DNA from: Candidatus Latescibacterota bacterium
Lineage (GTDB): Bacteria; Latescibacterota; UBA2968; UBA8231
Assembly: GCA_965242865.1 (NCBI GenBank)
Contig: CBDETK010000003.1
Location: 1 to 17,507 of the forward strand
DNA length: 17,507 nucleotides
Direction of reading: 5' to 3'
How positions within the stretch are numbered: position 1 is the stretch's first letter; every line of letters begins with the position of its first letter. Below are positions 8,131 to 15,081 of the stretch, in pieces. The notes beneath the pieces were generated by a model. It saw only the letters and a list, made by a program, of their open reading frames with translations, did not search any database and was not told where the DNA came from. Made by a program: the position numbers and the translations under genes.

Positions 8131-8313
8131 CTCGTGCCCGGGCCGTGCCGCGTGCCCGGGCCGTGCCGCGTGCCCGGGCCGTGCCGCGTGCCCGGGCCGT
8201 GCCTCGTGCCCGGGCCGTGCCTCGTGCCCGGGCCGTGCCTCGTGCCCGGGCCGTGCCGCGTGCCCGGGCCGTGCCGCGTGCCCGGGCCGTGCCGCGTGCC
8301 CGGGCCGTGCCGC
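8131..8313. repeat. 18-bp tandem repeat x10 ((A/E)ARPGH)
   Basis: CGTGCCCGGGCCGTGCCK repeated between the transposase segments RTPLD and EAGRVIARH. Confidence 0.93.
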
Positions 8314-8694
8314 GTCGAGCGGCGTGCGGGTGCGCCGGGCGGCCTCGCGCGCGATGCGTCCGGGTCGTCCTCGTCGTCCTCGTCGTCGCCCAAGTCGAGC
8401 TCCTGGACCAGCGTGGTGGTATGCCACCGCCGGGCGGTGCGAGCTTCGAGCCGGGGTGGAGCAGCCGTCCCACGACCATGGCCAGGACCCGATCACGCTC
8501 GGGCGAGCGCTTCGGGGCGATGAGCCGGTCCAGCCCCAAACGCCGGGTCATGGCCAGCACCGCTTCGACATGGCCATGGGGGAGGGAGCGTTCGATGGTG
8601 AAGGCTTCCTCGGGGCCGGCCCGTCCGGGCTTCTCCCGCTCCACGTTGCGCTCCGGTTGCGCCCGTCCCATTACGGCGCACTGGGAAATGCGGG

Positions 8695-10398
8695 CTATTG
8701 ATTCGCACATTCAAGATTCGCACCTCCAAGCTTCGCACCTAAAAGCTTCGCACCTTCAAGATTCGCACCTTCAAACTTCGCACCTTCAAACTTCGCACCT
8801 TCAAGCTTCGTACACTCAAGATTCGCACCTTCGAGATTCGCACCTTCGAGATTCGCACCTTCGAGATTCGCATCTTCGAGATTCGCACCTTCGAGATTCG
8901 CACCTTCGAGATTCGCATCCCTCAAGTCTGCGCGAAGAAGCTTCGCATTTTGCAGCTTTGCCCGAGTCAGATTCGCTCCTTGCAACCGGGCTGATAAAAT
9001 ATTCGCGCCTCGTAGATCTGCCCGAGTCAGATTCGCTCCTTGCAACCTGGTTGATATGATATTCGCGCGTTGTAGATTTGCCCGATTCAGATCCGCCTCT
9101 TGCAACCGAGTGTTCGATAATTTTGCATCCTGAAGAGAAGCCAGATTAAGATTCGCATTCTGCATACTTGCGCTTGCGAGGTCGGCGTTCTGCAACCGCG
9201 CACCTCTCAGATCTGCATCCTGCAGTTTCGCTTTCGAGAAATTTGCACTCTGCAATCGCATGCCTCGCATCTCCGCACCCCGTAAATCTGTTTCTTCGAA
9301 GTTCCCTCCATGTATCCAAGTGGATGTCAATTTGGCGAAAAGAAATTTTCGCGAGCTCAGGTCGACTATATCCTTGTAAAATCGGTTGATTCCATTCTCG
9401 TCTTTGGATTCCTCGGATGATCGAGCTTTCAGCTCCCGGTCTGACATTCTGACCAGCTCCCTGTTTCTGACATCGAGATAACGGCAGGCGATGCCCCATG
9501 ATTCGCAGGGTACCGCATCGAGAAAATTTCTTCTCATGAGCACTACGTCGATGATCTTCTGTAACTGCGATATTTCATCGGCCTCAGGGAATTCGCGCCA
9601 GATCTGCTTTCGATCTTCTTCTACGGTTTCGTGATCGAATACCGGAGGACGGGCTGCGAATAGTGCAATTGACACCATGAAGATGGGGACAACAAGTAAC
9701 AGTAACGTTTTCCACAACGTCGTCCACGAAATGGGTCTGGGATTTCCGCGTGGCCGAGGGCCTCCATCCTCCATGAGTCTCTTTTCTGCCCACCTTTTAC
9801 TATTGAGTACGATCCACGCAACAAATATCAAATCCGTTAAGAACAAGGTATCATGGATCAGGGTAATCGTACCAGATTGATAACGAACAAAAGAAAGATC
9901 GACAGCGAACAGCAACCCCAATGGTATTGCCACAATGACCAGGAATGCCAACAGTCTTGACAGCCAGTTTGAACTTTCCTGGCAGTTTGAACTTTCCTGG
10001 CAGTTTGAACTTTCCTGAATCGCTTGAACGAAAATGGAGGCGGAAAGCCGATCTCGCAATTCCTGTCTGGTTATACCGGAACCGGGAGTTCGAGGACATT
10101 CCTCTTTCAACACTAAATCGAATCTTGATGTTTTAAATCTGAGCTCTCGCAATACGAACAAGAAATAGATATGCAGAAAGAACAGGATCAATGGCCCAAT
10201 GATATAGCTATCCCTCAGTGAAAGTCCGATGTCCAACTGCCCCACTATCAAGTTGAGGAAAAGATTTTCATCGGTAGAGGAGATCACTATCCATAACAGG
10301 TAGAGCGCCACCACCAGGAACAGGAGCATCGTGGCCTGCGCCTTCCGGGCCGTGTCGTTGACTGCTTCAATCAGTCGGTGCAATCGCTCGTCATTCAT
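8695..10398 (-). CDS. Membrane-anchored pentapeptide-repeat protein 1 (567 aa)
   Basis: ATG at 10398 follows AAGGGGAG and aligns with the paralogue start ([19 protein letters not shown] vs MNRKDLDRLSRLRESANDSARS). About five hydrophobic segments precede long A(D/N)Lxx pentapeptide repeats, ending in a 15-bp ANLEG tandem run (~8700-8920). Confidence 0.9.
   Translation of the reverse strand: MNDERLHRLIEAVNDTARKAQATMLLFLVVALYLLWIVISSTDENLFLNLIVGQLDIGLSLRDSYIIGPLILFFLHIYFLFVLRELRFKTSRFDLVLKEECPRTPGSGITRQELRDRLSASIFVQAIQESSNCQESSNCQESSNWLSRLLAFLVIVAIPLGLLFAVDLSFVRYQSGTITLIHDTLFLTDLIFVAWIVLNSKRWAEKRLMEDGGPRPRGNPRPISWTTLWKTLLLLVVPIFMVSIALFAARPPVFDHETVEEDRKQIWREFPEADEISQLQKIIDVVLMRRNFLDAVPCESWGIACRYLDVRNRELVRMSDRELKARSSEESKDENGINRFYKDIVDLSSRKFLFAKLTSTWIHGGNFEETDLRGAEMRGMRLQSANFSKAKLQDADLRGARLQNADLASASMQNANLNLASLQDAKLSNTRLQEADLNRANLQRANIISTRLQGANLTRADLRGANILSARLQGANLTRAKLQNAKLLRADLRDANLEGANLEGANLEDANLEGANLEGANLEGANLECTKLEGAKFEGAKFEGANLEGAKLLGAKLGGANLECANQ
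9964..10017 (-). repeat. In-frame 18-bp tandem repeat x3 (QESSNC/W)
   Basis: CAGTTTGAACTTTCCTG at 9965, 9983 and 10001. Confidence 0.9.
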
Positions 10399-10770
10399 CC
10401 GGAACTCCCCTTTCGGGCTATTCAAGGACGGGTTGCCGCCGCAAAGCCGGAACCCCGGCATGTCGCCGCTATTCGTGTTTGCAACGCTTGCCCCCGCGGC
10501 GGCAGGCATTGCCGCGCTCGTTCCCTCCATGTCGCCCGGTCAGGATCCGGAGGCAGGCATTGCTTCCGTGCCCTGGTGAGAGAAGCAGGCTAAAGCCCGA
10601 AGCCGACCTGTCCCGCCAGCAAGGCGGGAACCACTTCCTTCATCCATCCGCAGCACTACGTCTCTACCCGCCCATCTGATCCGGGGCCTCTGCCCACCTC
10701 TTGATTGCGATTCGACCGCCACTGCCGGTTGATGGGAGGACAGCCTCGAAGGAGTCACCTGCTCGCAACA

Positions 10771-10935
10771 CTATTCTCTGGAGCAATCGTCGTGACATTC
10801 ATCCTCTGATCCGCCATCGCGTTCGCAGACGTCTATACATGTAGCATAGTCCGCATTGGCCGCTGGCGGAGACGCCAAGAGCGGAATTGCGAGCACCAAG
10901 CCGACAAGCCACGACGGCAAACGCTTCCTGTTCAT
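10771..10935 (-). CDS. Small secreted Cys-rich peptide (54 aa; mature ~26 aa with CX3C-X9-CX3C)
   Basis: AGGAG RBS. Sec-type signal MNRKRLPSWLVGLVLAIPLLASPPAANA. Mature DYATCIDVCERDGGSEDECHDDCSRE. Confidence 0.65.
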   Translation of the reverse strand: MNRKRLPSWLVGLVLAIPLLASPPAANADYATCIDVCERDGGSEDECHDDCSRE

Positions 10936-11341
10936 GTTTTGCTCTCCTGTCACTGGTCACCGGTCACTGGACCGGCGGTTGGCTGCGCGCGAAGCGGCCG
11001 ACGTCTCGAAGCGAGCACTCCCGCTCTCGAACGCGAGGCCGGCCGCTGCACCCTGTCATGTCAGCACGTCCTGTCCCGCGAGGTCGTCGAGCGGGGTCCA
11101 GGCGAGAAAGAGGTCTCCTGCGTTTCATTGCACGGCGGCTTCCAGCAGCCCGCCGTAGTAGAGTGCCATGGCGTCTTGGCCGATGATTTCGTCGCAGTGC
11201 CGGCCCGGGGCGCAGGGCACTGAACACGGCGGTCAGCGTCGCGTTCGCGACCATGAGGCCCGGTGCGGCTTGGCAGAGGCAGGCGCGCGCCACGGCCGGG
11301 GATGCTCGGAGGCCGGGGATGCCGCATCCGATCGTCGAGCC

Positions 11342-13332
11342 TTATTCGCCAGTGATTTTCTTCAGATCAGCACGCAACTGTTCCGGCAACATGTTTGCCA
11401 CGGCAGGACACTTCGCTTTCAGCAGATTCTCCGCGAGCTGGGGACCAAGCAAGCGATCTGCAAAAGCCCGACGAGCAATTCCCTTGGCGACGTAGCCACT
11501 TGATCCGTCTTCACAGGCCAACTCATCGACAAGGTAAGTTGCAAGTTTCTCTCGATATCTTTCGCCGATTGATTCTTCTTCGGAATGTGGGAAACCGTGT
11601 GCATCATCATCATCAATAGAATATCTATGTTTTATGGAGAGTTGATCAATTGTCTCATGATTCTTTGCATTTGCAATTCTATCCTGTATTTTCTCGAAGA
11701 CCTCCATATCATCAACAGTTTTCCTTATCTGCGTGTGTAATTCAGAAAGATCTGGCTCACAAGAATCGATGGTGCGCAGATCTGCATAATCGAAATTGGT
11801 TCCGATCAATTCTGTACCACAAAATTTAGCTCCTCTCAAATCCGCACCACCAAGATCGGCATTTGTCAAATCCGCTCCATAAAGCTTGGCCTTTCTTAGA
11901 TCTGCACCTCTGAGGTCAGCATCCCTTAAATCCGCCCCATGAAGTTCGGCCCCGACCAAGTCTGCCCCATGAAGTTCGGCCCCGACCAAGTCTGCGCCAT
12001 GAAGTTCGGCCCTGTTCAAGTTTGCGCCATGGAGTTTGGCCCTGCCCAAATTTGCGTCATGAAGTTCGGCTTCGTCCAGATTTGCGCCATGAAGTTCGGC
12101 CCTGTTCAAGTTTGCGCCATGGAGTTCGGCCCTGTTCAAGTTTGCGCCATGGAGTTTGGCCCCGCCCAAGTTTGCCCCATGAAGTTCGGCCTCGTCCAGG
12201 ATTGTATCGTGAAGTTCAGCGTTGAGAAAATTTGCACCGTGAAGTTTAGCTCTGCTCATCTCTGAACCGTTAAGTATTGCGAGCTCAAAATCTACTGCAC
12301 ACAATATTGCGCCGGATAAATCTGCGTCCCTAAAAACACGATCTTTCAGATCAAGCGGTCGGGCATATTTGCACCAGACAGGTGTGCCAGGATCGATTGC
12401 TTCTTCGTCACATCGATTCTCGCCGCAGGTGTCAAGATAGGCTGATAAAATTTCAGGTGGAGGTCTCTCCTGTACCAATTCACGATCTTGAAATTCATAC
12501 TTCCGTCGAAAGCATGATATAAAATGTAAGCTAATCCCGATATTGATATTGCGATTATTATCACACTTTCAATTGTTCGTCGTAGGTTCTCAAACGACCG
12601 TCTCCTCTGATTCCGAACCCACTGTATCCGTGTCTTTTTTGGTGCAACGATTCCAGGCCATAGCCACCACAGGATACCGACATCTGCCACCACGAGTATA
12701 AATTGCAAAATCGTGATGCGTCCCGATTGATACTCTAGAAATCGTACTCCAGTGACAACTAAGATGACGAGTGGTATTATAATAATAGGGATTATAACCA
12801 AGAATAGATTCTGCCATGTACAGTCAGAGTCTCCTTCTGCAATCATATGGGCGAGCGGTGCGGGAAACAGAAGATTACGCATCTCCTTCTTCTCGCCGTC
12901 CTTCTTCTCGCCGTCCCTCTCCTCGCCGTCCCTCTCCTCGCCGTCCCTCTCCTCGCCGTCCCTCTCCTCGCCGTCCCTCTCCTCGTCGTTTGACGACGAC
13001 GGCAATCGGTGCGAATAAATCTCCGAAATCGCCAATGCATACCGATGCACTTTGTACGAGAGAAATTTTGCTTGAATAAGTAGATTGAAGTGCAGGGCCA
13101 GAAGAATCAACGGTGAGACGATGAAGAACGATCTAATTGGTACACTAAAATTGACAATAGCTATTTGTAAACTACCATTACGAAACAACTCCTCCTTCTC
13201 CCTGAACATCACGATAGAGAGGATGTAAAGCACGATGACGAGGTAAGAGACGTACACCGTGCGAAAGCTGCGTGCACTGTCATTCGCGGATTCGCGCAGA
13301 CGGCTCAATCGATCCAAATCTTTCCTATTCAA
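11342..13332 (-). pseudogene. Membrane-anchored pentapeptide-repeat protein 2, split by a frameshift near 12500-12530
   Basis: TTG start with AGGAGG RBS. The N-terminal TM half (ORF 12346-13332) is homologous to protein 1. The pentapeptide half (ORF 11342-12478) is in the -1 frame, which already reads FRRKYEFQDRELVQERPPPE upstream of its listed start, matching [12 protein letters not shown] in protein 1. Confidence 0.8.
12886..12990 (-). repeat. In-frame 15-bp tandem repeat (NDEER, DGEER x4, DGEKK x2)
   Basis: CTCGCCGTC at 12892, 12907, 12922, 12937, 12952 and 12967. Confidence 0.92.
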
Positions 13333-13383
13333 GGTTTATCCTCCTGACCACCTTTCCCTTACGTATATGAAGATCAGGCTATC

Positions 13384-13410
13384 CTGTCGATTGTATGTTC
13401 TCATCGACAG
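13384..13410. promoter_or_regulatory. Inverted repeat CTGTCGAT-N11-ATCGACAG overlapping a minus-strand TACAAT; possible operator or terminator hairpin
   Basis: Perfect 8-bp arms ~50-80 bp upstream of the pentapeptide-2 start and just after the 43-aa ORF stop. No convincing -35 box found. Confidence 0.35.
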
Positions 13411-13418
13411 AAGTATGG

Positions 13419-13550
13419 CTATGTGACTTCTTGAGATGGAACAAGGCAACGGATCGCCAGATCACCCATTTCGATGGGGATCGGGAGATATGATTTCGCA
13501 TATCGGATCTGACAGCATTCATGGTTGTACGTCACTCGCCTGGATTTCAT
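13419..13550 (-). CDS. Possible 43-aa ORF, or frameshifted C-terminus of the upstream secreted protein
   Basis: GGAGG 5 nt before an ATG that overlaps the upstream stop (ATGA). Sequence MKSRRVTYNHECCQIRYAKSYLPIPIEMGDLAIRCLVPSQEVT. Too short for the ORF track. Confidence 0.35.
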   Translation of the reverse strand: MKSRRVTYNHECCQIRYAKSYLPIPIEMGDLAIRCLVPSQEVT

Positions 13551-13837
13551 CTGGTCCTCCGTTTGAGATATTCGTATCCATCCAGTGCTTTCCTCCCATC
13601 ACCATCCGCTTCGGGTACGCATACGTAGCTATTGGCGATATCTCGACACTCACTGTCGGAAATTCTACTCTGGGTATCGCACCTTTTCGAAGCACGATCG
13701 CAGAGATGATTGCTGGCACTTGCATGGGTGGTCACGAACATCATGGCACCAAGGACGAGCGCCAGGATACCGCTTGCGTTCAGCTTGACGGGGATGGCCC
13801 CGGTGGCCGCCGCCGCTCTTTGGACCGTCTCTTTCAT
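13547..13837 (-). CDS. Small secreted Cys-rich protein (96 aa)
   Basis: Purine-rich GAGGAGAAGTGGAG before the ATG at 13837. Hydrophobic GILALVLGAMMFVTTHASA ends in an AxA cleavage site. Four Cys in the mature part. Confidence 0.6.
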   Translation of the reverse strand: MKETVQRAAAATGAIPVKLNASGILALVLGAMMFVTTHASASNHLCDRASKRCDTQSRISDSECRDIANSYVCVPEADGDGRKALDGYEYLKRRTR

Positions 13838-13919
13838 CTCCACTTCTCCTCTTCTGGATCGATACCGGATACGACGCTGAACGTGCCGGCGCCGGCTCCG
13901 CCTGCGACCGTCATCCATT

Positions 13920-14155
13920 GTCCGCGGCCCCCGAACTCGTCCCCGCCCGGCTCCAGTGCCTGCGCGCTGAGGGTGCGCGCCTCATCGACCGGCAGGGTGA
14001 GATGCACCTCGCCCTCGGGGGCGTCTCGCTCCCTGGCCGTCCAGCCCGGTGGTGATGACCACTTCCGTATCGATGTCCGATGTGTTGACCAAGCATAGCC
14101 GACCGCGATTTTCGAGATTGTTCGCTGGGTTGAAGGTCAGCACGTGGTCCGGCAT
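13920..14155 (-). pseudogene. Frameshifted relic of a 'FNPxxN...LxLVN...GLDxxG..P.GEV.LTL...ARTLSAQ.LE.G' extracellular repeat domain
   Basis: HVLTFNPANNLENRGRLCLVNTSDIDTEVVITTGLDGQG is followed, after a frameshift at ~14025, by PEGEVHLTLPVDEARTLSAQALEPGGDEFGGRG. I recall this motif from uncharacterised secreted proteins of marine host-associated Gammaproteobacteria; not verified by search. Confidence 0.55.
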
Positions 14156-14235
14156 GATCCGGACATACTCCGGCGATGGAGAGAATTGGAGTCGAAACAC
14201 TCGCCAAAATCAACCCCTGAAGCGATTGCCCTGCC

Positions 14236-14637
14236 TCATGCCGGCAGTCCGGCGCCCGAGTCCTCATTGTGCCCCGCAGCCCCGGCGACCCGGGAGACGA
14301 AGCACGCCGCCTCGGCCTCCTTGCGCAAGGCGCGAAACGCCTCGATGCGCTTCCTCGACTGCGGGGCCGCGTCGCGGAACATGCCCCCCCTCTCCCCCGG
14401 GGTGCCGTAGAGAAAGCTCAGGGTCTCGGCCGCGGTGTAGTCCCGGTACGCCATCCGGGACGCGATCCTGTCGATCGTGCAGATGCACGGGTAGAGGGTG
14501 TCGTAGCTCTGGCCCCCGTGCTCGCCCATGCAGGCAAGCACGAACTCGACGCGGGCCTGGGTCGGGAAGTCGTTCGCCGTCGCACCGCCTCCGTAGGATA
14601 ATGCGGCGAGCGCCAGCGCAAGCAGCGGCTTTTTCAT
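14236..14637 (-). CDS. Conserved secreted/periplasmic Cys-containing protein (NDFPT.ARVEFVL.CM...C.C.ID.IA family)
   Basis: Signal peptide MKKPLLALALAALSYGGGATA and high-GC codon usage. Motifs NDFPTQARVEFVLACM, YPCICTIDRIAS and GERGGMFRD resemble a hypothetical family I recall near PQQ-dependent alcohol/methanol dehydrogenase clusters (unverified). Confidence 0.8.
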   Translation of the reverse strand: MKKPLLALALAALSYGGGATANDFPTQARVEFVLACMGEHGGQSYDTLYPCICTIDRIASRMAYRDYTAAETLSFLYGTPGERGGMFRDAAPQSRKRIEAFRALRKEAEAACFVSRVAGAAGHNEDSGAGLPA

Positions 14638-14690
14638 GACGTGGACACCGGGAGGAACGAGGGATGGATGGTAACGGACGCTCGCGCGAT

Positions 14691-15029
14691 TGTCAGGGCA
14701 GGGGCATGCCGGGATGCTTTCTTGTGCCGGGCGTGAGCGGTGGGCTTGGCCGGGGCGACGGGGTCGCGGGTGCGCCGGGCGGCCTCGCGCGCGATGCGTT
14801 CAAGGTCGTCCTCGTCGTCGCCCAAGTCGAACTCCTGGGCCAGCGTGGTGGTATGCCACCGCCGGGTGGTGGCGAGCTTCGAGCCGGGGTGGAGCAGCCG
14901 TCCCACGACCATGGCCAGGACCCGGTCGCGCTACGCCAAGCGCTTCGGGGCGATGAGCCGGTCCAGCCCCAAACGCCGGGTCATGGCCAGCACCGCTTCG
15001 ACATGGCCATGGGGGAGGGAGCGTTCGAT
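14691..15029 (-). mobile_element. IS1634-family remnant 2 (minimal deletion derivative)
   Basis: Closely similar to 8325-8598 and 6880-6950. Reads [10 protein letters not shown]...[47 protein letters not shown]|[12 protein letters not shown]|DPVAPAKPTAHARHKKASRH|APALT, with an in-frame TAG. Confidence 0.88.
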
Positions 15030-15081
15030 AAGGCGTGCCCAGCAGTGGACAGGTGAAGAAGTGACCACGCATCAAACTACT

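Larger units (their letters stand above)
6620..8617 (-). mobile_element. IS1634-family element remnant 1: 5'-truncated, internally deleted, frameshifted and repeat-expanded transposase pseudogene
   Basis: Transposase motifs across frames: [31 protein letters not shown]...[20 protein letters not shown]; [13 protein letters not shown]; GRVIARH..MAKHFRW; [15 protein letters not shown]; TVRTCKGLADAERWFRTLKGLDVRVRPIRHREERRV.AH.LVCLLA.CLEW.LRRAWAPL.FDD; DPVAAAQPTARARH.KASR...LHGLDTLLGELAARCRN...IESFPVPG. The central catalytic part is missing. Confidence 0.88.

Noticed and set aside
5438-8701. Long ORFs of 647, 905, 599, 403 and 335 aa and similar over the repeat region
   Set aside because: Stop-free frames arising from very high GC and tandem repeats; only patches are transposase-derived.
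8145-9059. 304-aa plus-strand ORF with RDSHL repeats
   Set aside because: Antisense of the ANLEG pentapeptide run and the IS remnant.
10399-10530. 44-aa N-terminal extension of pentapeptide protein 1
   Set aside because: The RBS and the paralogue alignment favour the ATG at 10398.
10611-10629. Hairpin TCCCGCC-AGCAA-GGCGGGA as a terminator
   Set aside because: No U-tract on either strand.
10964-11330. GC-rich stretch with coding-like patches (DEIIGQDAMALYYGGLLEAA)
   Set aside because: Interrupted by stops and not assignable to a family; possibly a gene relic.
13436-14639. Plus-strand ORFs of 220 and 196 aa
   Set aside because: Antisense to better-supported minus-strand genes and without recognisable motifs.
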